DNA of 61,967 nucleotides, the filler included, from Diploschistes diacapsis (lineage: Eukaryota), in NCBI GenBank assembly GCA_023645945.1. It is 16 parts of 16 records of this genome, joined end to end, with 100 filler letters (N's around TTAATTAATTAA, not from the genome) between each part and the next. Parts side by side here need not be neighbours in the genome. Positions count along the whole stretch, not along the records: positions 25,170 to 27,546 come from JALAIB010002233.1; positions 27,647 to 30,021 come from JALAIB010002234.1; positions 30,122 to 32,496 come from JALAIB010002235.1; positions 32,597 to 34,959 come from JALAIB010002236.1; positions 35,060 to 37,420 come from JALAIB010002237.1; positions 37,521 to 39,881 come from JALAIB010002238.1; 10 more parts are not named here. One strand, 5' to 3'. The notes under the pieces were generated by a model, which was not told the DNA's origin, did no database searches, and worked only from the letters and a program-made list of their open reading frames with translations. Both the position numbers and the translations under genes were made by a program. Below, one piece after another: positions 25,170 through 38,215 of the stretch; the stretch's first letter is position 1; every line of letters starts with the position of its first letter.

Positions 25170-25499
25170 TAATCTTTAATAGCTTGGCTTGGCGCGGTTC
25201 TTTTGTTATGTAATTTAACCGCCTGCTCAGCGCGTTAGCCCGTTCGTTTACTTTATTTATGATTCGTTTAATCGTGAAACGATATCGTTCGAAATTTTTT
25301 AATCAGCGAAACTATTTTAAATAAAAATTTCTTATTATCGTGAACTTTAATAAGTTTATATGGTTTATATAGATTTCGGTTTCTATTACTTCGTGAATAT
25401 AGATATATTATTCGTTTAAAATAACGATTCTGGCGAGTAATTCCTGATCGCCGATATCGTAATTGATTTCTACTGGTAACATCTTTCTTAAATAACAGG

Positions 25500-27546
25500 T
25501 TATCAGCCGCCACTTACTGCTGTCGTTAGGTTATAATAGATTTTCGAGAATTTATAGTAGTTATGAATGTCTTGGAAGATTAATACGAACAGTATTTAGT
25601 GGTACGACGGAAGTTATAGATTCTTACGGAGAAGATATGGGATTATATACGACAATATTATGATCTATCGGAGTACGGATATGGGGGTATTACGAATATT
25701 ATTAAAGTTATTTAACGAAACTGTTATTTCGAAGGAATGAAGAAATAAGTTACGGACTTTATTAAATAATACGAGAGCTGTTAGAAAAATAAACATTCTA
25801 CGTATAGAAAATATAGGATTCTATAAATTATTAAGAAACCAGATTAATTATAAAAAACAATAACGATGGATTTTATAATCAAATTATTAATATCTAAGGA
25901 TCCAGTAATAGATGTTTCATATAATAATATTTAGGTCATAATAAATAAGTTTAATAATAAACCTTACTACATATCTTTTAGAAAAGACTATAATGTAAGA
26001 TAATTATATCACATATAGATAGATCGAATTGTGAGAATTTATAAATATTTAAAAAAAATTATTAACGATAAAAATAAGTTCTTTATTTTAAAATATTGGA
26101 AAATCATGATAGAAGTATTCGGCACGAAGTTAAAGCATTTAAACGTTTATTACTTATAAATAGACGGTTAAATAGAAAGAATAAACTAGATTTTTAAATA
26201 GTATTTACGGCATTACGTTAATTAAAATATGGATAACTAGGTTAAATTGTAATTAAACGCTCAATATTACCTTAACAACAGATATAGAGAAATTAAGAAG
26301 ATTTAAAATATATAATTACTCAACGACAAGGCATTGAATAATATTAAAAGACTAGAAATCTTAAGGAAGAATCCTTAGCTAAAAAAGAAGAATAAGGTCT
26401 ATTTGTATACGAATAATTTCAAGACACGTAAACCTTTTAAGAAACTCGATCACGTTAAAATTAAACTTTTCTTTATCGATAAATAACCCGTTATACCGAA
26501 TAAAATTAAACGAGTTAATTATCGACTTAAGTTATTAAAGGACGCGAAAGTTTATCTAATGTTTTATTCCCGATATCTCGAATTAACATATCTAGATATA
26601 CCGTTATAAAAAATCTTTTATTTCGAATTAAATAACGAGAACGAATACGAAATCGAAAGAATTCTGAATGATGGTTTTAAGAGATTTCTTGTTAAGTAGA
26701 AAGGATACTTAGCGGAGTAGAATATATGGGAATCTTTAGAAAACCTGAGTAACTATAGAAATAAGATAAAGAAATATTATAAACTTATTTAATTTGGAGG
26801 GATAAGAGCTTTATTCTTTAAAAATTAATTTAACTAAACCGGCGATATTGTAGTTAATTTTGATAATTCTGGACCAAATTCCGAAGGCACGTCTTTCTAA
26901 ACGTTCGCGTACGTTTCGAACGATTTTAAATCTAGTTCTTTCGTTAAATATTTCGTTTACGCGTCCGTACGATCTTTCGTTAATTTAAAAACTTTTCGAT
27001 TACGACGAATACGACATTTACGTTAGAGACAACGATCTTTAATCTCACGAAGTTATTTTTTTAATTTTTTCTTTTATTTATTATCCTCGTTAATAAGTTT
27101 TTTATCTTTATCGATCTCGTCTTTTTTCGAAAGGATGGTCCGTTTAATTACCTTTTATGTAATAGAAATACAGTTCTTCTTACCGGACTTAATATAACGG
27201 ACGCATTTTATTAAGATAGAAGGTATTTTGATATAATCGTGAGAAAATAAGTAATGATTATAAAATAATATGTTTAGAAAACTTCGAAGACGAATGATAA
27301 AGTTTAAACGTTTCTTTTGTATTAAAGATAAAGAAGACATCGTTTTTCTACGATTTAGGATTCTCTTTTGTTTAGTATTTATATTAATTTTTCGGTGCTT
27401 GTCGGGTCGATAAAGTTGAAGGAAGGGGATAATATTACGATCTAAGGTACTAGTCTGGAATACTTAGCACGTAATAGTTAGTCGAGTACTTCCCAATCAT
27501 TTCTTATATATAGTTTAATTAGGGTAATACAGGTCACGTGACGAGT
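25500..27546 (+). mobile_element. RIP-degraded Ty3/Gypsy chromovirus 3' half (integrase, chromodomain, PPT, start of 3' LTR at 27433)
   Basis: TMDFI; YYL*IDG*IER (= YHPQTDGQTER); chromodomain EYEIERIL..FLVK*KGY..NIWE..ENL; PPT gaaggaaggggataa followed by tattacgatc (RIP form of TGTTACGATC). Confidence 0.9.
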
Positions 27547-27646
27547 NNNNNNNNNNNNNNNNNNNNNNNNNNNNNNNNNNNNNNNNNNNNTTAATTAATT
27601 AANNNNNNNNNNNNNNNNNNNNNNNNNNNNNNNNNNNNNNNNNNNN

Positions 27647-28729
27647 GTTACAACTTTCGATAATCTTTTCTAACGATTAATCGAATATTCTTATCTATTT
27701 ATCGATTATTTAATCGTTTAAATAGATTTTCGACGGAAATTACTCGATTAATCGAATTTTTATCGATAAAGGTTTTTACTTAATTAAAGGTTATTTTTTT
27801 GAAACGAGAGATTATATACGTTATCTTATCTTCGGCCCCGTTAAACCTATCTTCGTTCATCCTTAGCTTATCCTTAATCAGGCGACGCCACTACTTGTAA
27901 ATAAAATCATCTTTAATATCTATCGAAAACTAAGGTGGGTTTAATAACTTGTACGAAAAGAAACGTTTACCGTTATTAATCTCGATAGTTAGATTTATAA
28001 ATACTCGTTGATTTCGAAGCTCTTCGTTCGATGTTCGTAGATCGATAATTTCGTTAATTAAACGTATCCGGGTCTTTTGTTCCCTATCTAGTAGTTATTT
28101 TAGTTCGTTTCTTTTATCTAAATCTTTCTCGAATTATTATTAGAACCGTTAAATCTTTCGTTCGTTTTATTGATTCGTTTCTTTTACGGTTATTACGTAA
28201 ATACGAATTAATTTTATTAATTTAATTAATTCTTCTTTCGTTCGTTAATAGATTTTTTTTACTCGTTCTTATGATTATAAATCTATCACGTTCTCGATAA
28301 CTACGTTTTAATTAATAAATTCTTTTATTAGATTTCTAAACGAGGATCTTCTTCGTTTAATATTATTACGGGAATCTAATTAGGCGCGTCCCGGTATTAA
28401 TTTTTCGTTAACGTTAAATCCTTCGAAAATCCCTAGCGTTAATGATTATAACGCGGGATATTTGATGGATTATTCTTTAATTAACGATTCATTTATTGAA
28501 TCGTATTTTTTAACCGATGGCATCTCGGTTAATTCTTTAAAAAACGGAAGTATGATCGATTTTTTTTTTCTCTTTTAATCCTTTCTATTAACGAAAATTA
28601 TTATTTATAATGATTCGGTAGCGGGTAATACTTTCGAGTTCGGTTATCGTGGACTTACTCGAATATTTAATTCGATTAACGTTTTAAATTCTCGTCACGA
28701 ATGCGAAGGTAAAATAAGCTTTTCGAATA
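27647..28729 (-). mobile_element. RIP-degraded Ty3/Gypsy gag and 5' leader
   Basis: DKITYIISRFK-like gag motif. Homologous to 40390-40567; the leader is homologous to 39696-39881. Confidence 0.75.
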
Positions 28730-29010
28730 TGAAACGCCAGCGTAGATATAGGATATTATATTATCGGAGGTTAAACCTGATCTGAAGGGATTACGTGTAA
28801 CTAGGCATCTATAAATAAAAGATCTCGATTCGAAAAGCTAGAAAAGAAACTATCTAAATAAGAGGGTGGTAGGAATAAATAATGTGTGGGTGCCAGCCCT
28901 ACAGGGTTCGGGTCCTACTCGCCTACACAGCCACCCCCTAACATCCTTGGCACGGTTGGTACCCGTCGTGTGACCCTGGTGGCTTGGCACGCCTGGGCTG
29001 ATCTGTCTCA
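28730..29010 (-). mobile_element. LTR family A (TGAGAC...GTTTCA), 5' LTR
   Basis: TG..CA termini; homologous to 39329-39695 and 43809-44108. Confidence 0.85.
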
Positions 29011-30121
29011 GGTATAAGAGTTTGCATGTAGACTATTCCTTCTAGTTAGATCTCTAGATATCTAGACTTCAATACATGCGTTGCCCAAAAATAAGATCGA
29101 TTATATCGATAATATTTAACGAGATGTTCTTCTTTTTAACATTCCTTAAATGCTTAAATTTTATTTTCTGATCCTAATATTTGTCCGATATAAGATAAGC
29201 ATATAACTTAATCTTAAAAGATCAAGTCTTATTATAACTCTTACACGTGATTATTATTTTTGGCTTTAAATCCGATTAACTAACGTTTACGTTATAGAAA
29301 TCCTAATTATCGTTAAGGTACGTAACGGATTCGCTAATATCAAGAAATTGCTATTCTAATGCTTCTTTATTGGCTAGTTTTTAGTAATAGGTAACTTTCT
29401 TCTGATTATTTTGAAGGTAACTTCTTATTGGCTCTTCCGAAGATATTTTTGGTTTATTATTTTTATTTATCCTAATATTATAGGCTCGGATAAGTCTTTT
29501 ATTCGTCCCGTAAATACTAATATTAATAATATAAATATCTCGATTATTATTATTATAATTACTATAATTCCCGTATTTATTATTAAATTATACGGCGTTT
29601 AGGGCGGTTATATTTAATTATTATCGTCCATCGGATAAAGTCTTTACGGATACTTATATAATTAATAATTACGATATCGAACTTTAATTAACTCTGTTTT
29701 AAAAATTCTAAAAAGAATTAAAACTTGGTACATTATAATAAAAAAAATAAGTCTAAGAAAAAAAAGAACGAAAAAGAACCGAAAAACGATAACCATATCC
29801 GGTACTTCTAATAACATCTCTGTTATAATAGGGACTATAAAATAAAAAAAAGGACGAAAAAGAAAATAATTAAAGAAAATATAAAAAACGTTAATTCGAC
29901 CTATTATACTAATCTAGGTTAAGCGTTTATAACGGTCGATATAATTTATTCTATAGACCTAACGGCTGTATTAATTAACGGCGAAAAATTTGCTATTGAT
30001 CGCGATTTAATCTCGATTATGNNNNNNNNNNNNNNNNNNNNNNNNNNNNNNNNNNNNNNNNNNNNTTAATTAATTAANNNNNNNNNNNNNNNNNNNNNNN
30101 NNNNNNNNNNNNNNNNNNNNN

Positions 30122-30263
30122 GTAGCGCTATCCCACTGAGCCAAAAGACTAACACAATGCTTTCAGGAACCCCGAAGCACTGTTTCCCTATTACACTATA
30201 TGTAGGTGCGTGGCTGTGGCAGCAGGGGGACCTGAACCCCAGGGCGCACCTTTGGGCGTTACA
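30122..30263 (-). mobile_element. LTR family C (partial)
   Basis: Reverse complement of 35785-35948 and 54855-55013 (core gtgtaatagggaaacagtgcttcggggttc). Confidence 0.85.
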
Positions 30264-31689
30264 GGGTCGATGTCGCGGAATCTTCGGCGCAGTATATTTT
30301 TATTAATAAACGAGATATCGAGTAATTTAGATCATTTAGATTTTAAATAACGTCTGGCCGTTCGATAAAATCTATTTTCTTGATTTTCGGACGTTATTCG
30401 AGGTCTTTCGGAACGCTTTAGATTATTTTAATCTTTATCACGTTCTGAAACCTTTACTATTATCTTTTTAGTTGTAGAATAAGGAATATTTAATTTATTG
30501 ACTGCATTTTTTAGGATAGTACTTGATCTGTATGCGTTTATAAGCTTAGAGCGCTCCTAGAGCTTCAAACGACGATATGGTGGCATTATTGTAGAAATAA
30601 TAGTAGGCATTTATTGTTTATTTGCACCGATTTAACCGAGGGACCATTACTTTTGGACTAGTACTGTAGGAAGTAAAGGTAGTCTACATCAAACTATTTT
30701 GCCGTTATGTGGCAGCATGTTGGGCACGCCTGAAGTAGTCAGGTTAGTATATTGGTTCTTTTCCCAGGCTACAAAAACGGCTTCGAGGCCTTGCGGGATT
30801 GAAGAGATCGTCAATTTAAAGAGCGCTAGACATGCCTTTGACTGATTCATAACCTGACCAAACGTGCTTGAGGACTGATCTCGCTGTGTTGTGAAATCAG
30901 GGATTGCCGAGGAATACTAAATAAGATGGCTGTCCTTGCTCATGCTTTCCGTTCGATCACATTGCCTTGAGGGCATCAGTTGGCGTGCTGAACCATGATA
31001 AGACTGCTAGGATGTATTTTGATTTGCAAGGCTCTGCACTGAGTCTCTCAGATGTGACGATACGAAACTAGCAGACCATGAATACAATGCTTTCAATGGG
31101 AATTTTCGTACTTTATGTGGAAGCCACCCTCTCTATAGCTAGAATCGGAATCACGCCATTACCTGTATTAACTAGAGAGCCAAAATGATCGCTACTCCAT
31201 GCATCGAATTCGATACAATCGAGCTTTCTCACAGGCAGCCAGCTTAACACTGCCAGTCTAGCAGCCCATTATTCTCAGGAACAGACCTCGACCTGGTAGC
31301 GTCCCTATTGATGATGGCACAGCACCCAAACATGTACACCCACACAGATAGCCATGCTCTCAATTCGAAGAATAGAATTGAGCTTCCGAATGTCCACGAT
31401 CTGCTTAGGCGAGCCCGGCATGCTTGGACGCTAGCCCTTCCAGGTAGCATCAGCCTCTGACCAGTCCTAAAAAAGTAAGGCGTCAAGCTAGGACGGTGGA
31501 GAGATCTTGAGCCTTGAGGAGAGTTTCTTTGCACGATACACTTCCCAGCAGGCCATGGTCTAGAGTGTTGCCCTTAGTAACCGAACGGACCCTAGTAATC
31601 GAACATTTACAAGCGCTTTTTATACCTAAAATGCCTTCTCTTTTTTCATTTATTGTAAGCTCCATATATTTTTTTATTTTCTACTAATC

Positions 31690-32496
31690 TAAATCTAGAT
31701 ACTCTCGATGATGGAAAATGCTTTTATCGAGGCGAAAACTCGATCCTTTTCGTTGTCGTTTTACGAAATCGCTCGACGTAACGGCGTTTCTTTTTTTTTT
31801 TTTTATAATAAGCTTGGTGGCCGTTTTGGGAGATTTGTTGATTATTAATCGTAGTAGTTTTTAATTATTAAATAAGAGAGTGTTTTCGCGAGATATATGG
31901 AACGTTTATAGGCCGGAAGATTCTTTATTTTTATTGTAATATTTAAAAGTTTAACGACGGAAATCTAGAATGTTTCCGAATCGAATAATTAGCGTTAGTT
32001 AGATCGTAATTGGCCGTAACGTTTTTTAAAAAGATATTTAAAGCTGGGTATAATTTGGAGTAGTTTTTTTTTAAGTAAGAAAGCCGACGCCGCGGCGTCG
32101 AGAATTTTATATTCGTTTTTAGAACGTTTTTAGGAACTCCGCGTCTAGTACGACGTTATTTTTAAAAATATTTAAAATATAGACGAGAAAGGGATCCAGC
32201 TCGGCGTTAAAAAATGTATAAAGGTCGTCGTATATATTCTTTATTATCAGGCCGATCGCTAGCGTTTAATCGCGGGTAATTAAGATTTAGCGACGATAGT
32301 CGAGACGGTTTCGATTAGAAAAGAATAGCTTTTTCTTTTAATTATTTTTAAAGATAAAGAATTATAAATAAAATAAATAAAGAGTATTATCCCTTTAAAT
32401 AAGTTTACGCTTTAATATTTATAGATTTATTAATAATTTTATAAATATAAAGATTTATATATTTTTTAATAGATATAATATTATTTCGTTCTATTT
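31690..32496 (+). mobile_element. RIP-degraded Fot1/pogo DDE transposase
   Basis: LDRNWP*RFLKRY (GKNWxxRFLxRH) and YDVIFKNI*NIDEKGIQLG (NIWNMDEKG, first catalytic D). Confidence 0.8.
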
Positions 32497-32650
32497 NNNN
32501 NNNNNNNNNNNNNNNNNNNNNNNNNNNNNNNNNNNNNNNNTTAATTAATTAANNNNNNNNNNNNNNNNNNNNNNNNNNNNNNNNNNNNNNNNNNNNTTAT
32601 TGTAGTTTTATTATTGTATCACGTGCTCGGTTACTAGGGTCACGACTATA

Positions 32651-32861
32651 ACGTGTTTCATCACACAACGGCCCACCCCCATGAAGCGGCTCACAATCCC
32701 TGCATTTTCGTAAAATGGATTTTTTAACATTTTTATCTTTCGTATAAATAATTTTATGTGTGGTTATGGGGTTCAAAAGCTCGCTTAAAACTATCTAGCG
32801 TAATTATATTATAATGTAGTGAACCGCTTTGTGGGGTGATTCGTTATGTGGTAGAACACGT
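32651..32861. mobile_element. Fot1/pogo-derived MITE, 211 bp, TA target-site duplication
   Basis: Imperfect ~45-bp TIRs (acgtgtttcatcacacaacgg...aagcggctcac / gtgaaccgcttt...gtggtagaacacgt), TA on both sides, AT-rich core. Confidence 0.85.
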
Positions 32862-33581
32862 TAGCCTCTGTGTCTTGATCCAAGGCGGCTTACATTAGCA
32901 GTGACGTGTAGTTAAGAGGGACAAAGTCACTGCCACAGAGGCAAGGCGCTTAGGAAAGGGCAAAGGGACGGAACTTCCACGCAAGTGAGCCCTGTGAACT
33001 TCATTGACTCGACCGCATTCATCATTCGTCCATCCACATCTTATACTACATATCGAGCATTCCGTATATTCCAGTCCCTCGTATATTTATGTTAGAGGAG
33101 ACACTGTTACTTTGATTTAATCTCTTCAATCTATAATTTGTATTCCCCATCCAATATAACACCTGCAGCTAGAAAGCACTCAACGCAACGTAAAGCGAAC
33201 AAGACTTCCGTAAACCAGCAACCAGCTATTAATAAGATAATTTATACATAATTCGATTGCAACTATCCGCGCTTCCCCTTCCTGCATCTACCATATTTCT
33301 CATAGCTTCCACGTGCACCCGAAGCTTTCTCTATCTCTTTCTATCCCAGCCCCCACCATTCATCCCGAAGACTTCGTCCTGCTCTTTCGAGGAGCGTGGC
33401 AAGCTTCCTACGAGCGGAAAGCACTTTTTGCGGTAGTCCTACCGCGAACCTATTCCGTGGGTACTCTCGAGGGACTCCGTGCTATATCTTAAATTAACAG
33501 TCTCAGTAGGGTACACAATAAATCTGATTAATAGTCATTACCTTCTTGCTAGCTGCTGCAGCCGTTTGCGCTTCGTAAATC

Positions 33582-34185
33582 ATGGCTGATAGAAGAGGCG
33601 GAGGCAGAGGCAGAGGCGAATATAGAGGTAGAGGCGACGACGGCAGAGGAGGCGGTGGCGGCGGTGGTCGGGGCCGAGGAAGCTATGAAGGCAGCCGTGG
33701 GAGCTTTGATAGAGGCGGTCGTGGGGGCTTCGACAGAGGAGGCGGTGGCGGTGGTAGAGGAGGCGGTGGCGGCGGTGGTTGGGGCCGAGGAAGCTATGAA
33801 GGCGGTCGTGGGGGCTTTGATAGAGGCGGTCGCGGAACCTTCGACAGAGGAGACGGTGGCGGTGGTAGAGGAGGCGGCCGAGGTGGGCCGAGAGAAAATG
33901 ATCGTTTATTCGTAAATACAATGATCCGGGTTGGAATATAGAACCTAAGCTGACATGTTTCTAGGCGTCAAGATGGCGGACAACCGACCTACGATTCCAA
34001 GGTTAATACTATCGAGGAGGCCTATATCAAGCGTGGGCAGGCCGAGATGCCGGACCTCAGCAAGCTCTCGCTGGCAGAGACCTTCCCCCTACGACCGGCT
34101 TACGGAACAGAAGATTATGTCTAGATTAACTATTTTGCTCTCTATTTTCCTATAAAGCTTTCCGTCTACTACAGTTTACGTTAAA
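33582..34185 (+). pseudogene. 5' relic of a QDE-2-like Argonaute (RGG-rich N-terminus plus start of N domain)
   Basis: RGG tract; intron 33912-33964 (gtaaat..gctgac..ctag); then ...LSLAETFPLRPAYGTE..V*INYF, matching the Argonaute PxRPxxGTxG...LWANYF motif. One extra A near 33897, a premature TAG, and truncation by an LTR at ~34230. Confidence 0.75.
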
Positions 34186-34229
34186 ATAAGGTCTTTTTGC
34201 GATATAAAGCTTTTTTTTCCAGCGTTAGA

Positions 34230-34959
34230 TTTAGAACGCCCCTACAGGAATACTACACAACCAGGGGCTAGGAGGCCTAATCTGGAAGGATCACGTGTAG
34301 CTGCAATCTGTAGGCTGAATGGTTCAGATTCGAAAAGGTGAAAAAGGAACTATCTAGGTGGAAGCAGGGCACATATAAATAATCTAAATGCCAGCCCTAT
34401 CAGCCCTACTAAAATTCAACTCCTAAACCCATAATCGTTCAGAATATTCTACTATCCCCCTTTTCAAACTATTACTGTCCTTTAACAACAAAATAAAACA
34501 AAACAAAACCCTTATTCTTTCTTTCTTAATTCGGATATCTGCTCCTAGTCCTCCCATACCTTAATACTCTTTTCGGCCTAATCCAGTCTCTTTTTCCTTT
34601 ATTCTCTTCAACCCGTACTATACGTAAACACGTGCCCGATCTTATTCCTCTTAAGTTTCGGCGTCGTAAATGGATATTATTAGACCAATAGTACTAAAAA
34701 CAGGCGACTCCCAGGGCGAAAAGCAGTAATAACAGCAATAGACGTGGCAGCAGAAACCGCTTTCGAAAAATAACGAATAAAAATTTATTTATCGATAAAA
34801 TAAAGGTTCGAAAGGCTCAAAAGATATATTTAATTTATATAAAACCCTAAACTCTTTTATTATAATTAATTAAATCGTAATTTCTAATTCGTCGATTTAT
34901 TTATCGTAGATTCTTCGTAAGAGCTTTTCGTCGTTCTAGATAAATATCGTACGTAAATC
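34230..34959 (-). mobile_element. LTR family D (34230-34452) with adjacent PPT and retroelement 3' internal region
   Basis: LTR matches 57808-58026. ctatcccccttttc is a reverse PPT. 34613-34959 matches 57177-57512. Confidence 0.8.
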
Positions 34960-35200
34960 NNNNNNNNNNNNNNNNNNNNNNNNNNNNNNNNNNNNNNNNN
35001 NNNTTAATTAATTAANNNNNNNNNNNNNNNNNNNNNNNNNNNNNNNNNNNNNNNNNNNNGGAATAGTCTGCATGTAAGTTCTTATACCAATAAGATCCAT
35101 TAAGCCCTATAGACTTGCACTACTCCCGATTAGGATTAGCAGGAACCCCAGTAGGTTCAGCTGAACTTCCCAGCCATGCATTCTGCCTGCCTGCTCAACA

Positions 35201-35784
35201 GATAGGTTATATAGTAACCTATATAGGGGTTTTTTTTCTTTTATATCGATTATATGATCGCTAGGTTTGTGCCTCGGTAAACTTACGGCTAAATTCCCGT
35301 TAAATACGTCCCTGTAATCAAAGATACAAAAAAATAAAATATGTTTTATATTTATATTCCCGAGACGTATCGACACGGTTTCGATAAAAGTACGTTTATA
35401 TCTCGTATTAAATAAAACGAGTATAAAAACATTTAGATTTTCGACGGTAATTTTATAAAATTCTTTCGGCGGTAATAATTCATGCTTCTCGCTAGCGAGA
35501 ACAAAACGTTAGATACGATTATAATTATAATTAATTTAAGCTATTTCTAGCCCTAAGATATTTAAAGTAATCGGATTTCTTATCTTATCGATAAAATAAT
35601 AAATAATTTCGAATTTTTTTTTCACTTCGTATTCGTTTCGTATAACGACTATAACGCGGTATATCCCGTAATATTATAATTTAGATTCGTTTATAAATTT
35701 TGGATGCGGTAGGTCTACGTTTAGTAACCGTATAAGTTACGTTTTAATTACGAACTTTTCGTTAATGATATTATATTCCATTTT
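35201..35784 (-). mobile_element. Ty3/Gypsy protease-to-RT junction, RIP-degraded; interrupted at 35200 by a probable Copia-type LTR start (TGTTG..)
   Basis: DYRDVF....SLPRHKPSDHIIDI...PLY..LYNLS is the typical pre-RT motif. The upstream part resembles 54560-54627. Confidence 0.75.
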
Positions 35785-35948
35785 TGTAAGGCCTGCGGGG
35801 TTACACATCTGCCACCTACTGCCACAGCCACGCACCTATATATAGTGTAATAGGGAAACAGTGCTTCGGGGTTCTTGAAAGTATTATGGTTAGTCTTTTG
35901 GTTCAGTGGAATAGCGCTATCTATTAAACACTAACTCCCGCTGTTATA
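35785..35948 (+). mobile_element. LTR family C
   Basis: TGTAAG...TGTTATA (RIP form of TGTTACA); homologous to 54855-55013. Confidence 0.85.
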
Positions 35949-37619
35949 GTTATGCTTTTAGTTCCCAAATCGTTGGTTCGAGCACAGCGTTGGTTATCTA
36001 TGTGAGTCGAATTAATTACGCATTATTATTACTTACGGGTGTGGATCTGTTCGAGAACGTAATGAACATGTCTAGGGGCCTCTGAGTTATTGTAGATAAT
36101 TACGATAAACGGCTTAGGATATCCAACATACCCGGAGCGTTATATGAGACGTAATAGTATAAACACAAGGCGCGCTGTCTAGGGAGACTTCCCTTGCTGT
36201 AGTAGGTAGGTAGTCGCAGGTGGTGTAGTAGGGGAATGTAATGTGATCTCGTAGTCAACAACATACCTAGGTAGGACATTTATGAAATATAGAATGCATT
36301 CCTTGTCTAAAGCTACCTAATAGACCTCCTTATATAGAACTACTCTGAAAAACTCGCCCTTCACTAAATCTATAATTTACTTTTATATTTATATACGACC
36401 CCCCCCTTAATAATTCGCTACCCTATAACGAATTCTATACAAGTCTCATTAGTAAGAAATCTAAATCCCGCCACCTTTTTATCCTAATATAGTCCTATAC
36501 CTTCCAAGCAACGGTAATATCTAGAAGTTTATCCTCTTTAATACTTCCTTCTCGACGTAACAGTGCTCCTAGACGTAACAACGCTACTAAATTTAATTTC
36601 CTGTATTCCACTTTCTCGAATCACGAGGACAGAAGAACGATAATTATTTAAAGATATCTTCAACTTCCATCGTATCTATACTATACTCCGTTCTACCAGC
36701 TAGACAATAAAATGATGATTATTTAAAATTATCCCCAACTTCCGCTGTATTTATCCCATCCATAGATATTCTTTTAGGCAGTTATATCAGGCAGCACGTC
36801 CGCCGCTTTCCTTTCTCTCCCATCTCTTCTCCGATTATACCTCTTAAACAAACGATAGTAAGCAAGTAAGCAAGAGGCAGGCAGGTAGATCAATATATAA
36901 ACATAAAGCAAGCTAGAAAGCATAAAGTAGAAAAATTAATCATATAAAAAAATAAATAAACAAACATATAAATAAATACTAGATAAATAAGCAAAAAAGT
37001 AAACCTGTTATGAAACTAATAGACCAATCAGCCAGTAAGCAGCCGAACGGTTATATAAACAAATAAATAGATTTTATCTTATTCTATCTTATCATAATTA
37101 TAGGCCCTTAAAGTTTTATGATATTCACTCTTCTCCTCACGTTACTTACTTTTTTTTTTCCTTTTCTTCTTCTTTTTTTTCCTCTTTCTTTTCTTTTTTT
37201 TTTTATTTCCTCTTCCTTTTTTTCTACTTTTTCCTCTTCCTTCTCTTTCATCTCTTTTACTTCTTTTTTCTTTATTTCTTCTATTTTTTTTTCCTCGTTC
37301 GGAGGAGGCGCTTTTTTTAATGCCGTTTAGTAATCGAATTACGTTTTTATAAGAATTAAGAAGAAGTTTTTATTCTAACCGTGAAACGCGGCGTATTTTT
37401 TTAATATATTGCTATATAATNNNNNNNNNNNNNNNNNNNNNNNNNNNNNNNNNNNNNNNNNNNNTTAATTAATTAANNNNNNNNNNNNNNNNNNNNNNNN
37501 NNNNNNNNNNNNNNNNNNNNATTAAATATCTATCAATTACGTAACCCGCGTCACCCCGGTTAGCCTATATATAAAAAAGCTGGGACGTGTTAAGTCTGAT
37601 ACTTGGATCGTAATAGATA

Positions 37620-38215
37620 ACTTTTTTAAAGATAAAGATAATTCGATTAAATTTAAACCCGAATCTGAACCTTAATTAAAATATAATAATAAAAATTAAT
37701 AATACGGTAATAAATATTATTATTAAAAATAAAATTATTTTTATTAAATAGATTGGTGATACTAACGTTTTATTACATATGACTAATTAGCTGCATTTAT
37801 TTAGAAAATTGATTCCTATTCGAAAACGACGAATTAAAATCGAGGAAAGAATACTTTATTTAAATTACGTTAAGAAAATTAAGATATAATATAATAATAA
37901 TATTTTACATTTAGGATATATTATGTATGTTTTAGGATTGAAAGCGAACCTCATATCGGGGTAAAAGTTATATAAAATAAACTTACGGGGAAGTTTTGAT
38001 CAAGATGGCTTGTATCTACATAATGGCGAAGGACGGATCATTCTTACGTGCAAGAAGAAGAATGGAGTCTATTATACAAGCAAAATTACTAAAGAAGAAT
38101 ATGTATATACTGCAAAAGCGTACCTAGCAAAAATAACTAAACATGAACTAAACCTAAAAGTTCAGTTGAATAAAATTAGTTATTAACTATAACATGCACG
38201 TATTACCTATATAGT
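37620..38215 (+). mobile_element. RIP-degraded Ty1/Copia protease and GAG-pre-integrase
   Basis: *IGDTNVLLHMT (WxxDSGASxHMT), YVLGLKANLIS and L*HAR. Homologous to 59380-59522. Confidence 0.8.

Noticed and set aside
33582..33941. RGG ORF as fibrillarin, GAR1 or a stand-alone glycine-rich protein
   Set aside because: The downstream exon carries the Argonaute-type RPxYGT...NYF motif, not fibrillarin or GAR1 sequence.
37118..37330. 70-aa Phe/Ser-rich ORF as a membrane peptide
   Set aside because: Low-complexity pyrimidine tract in RIP-degraded DNA.
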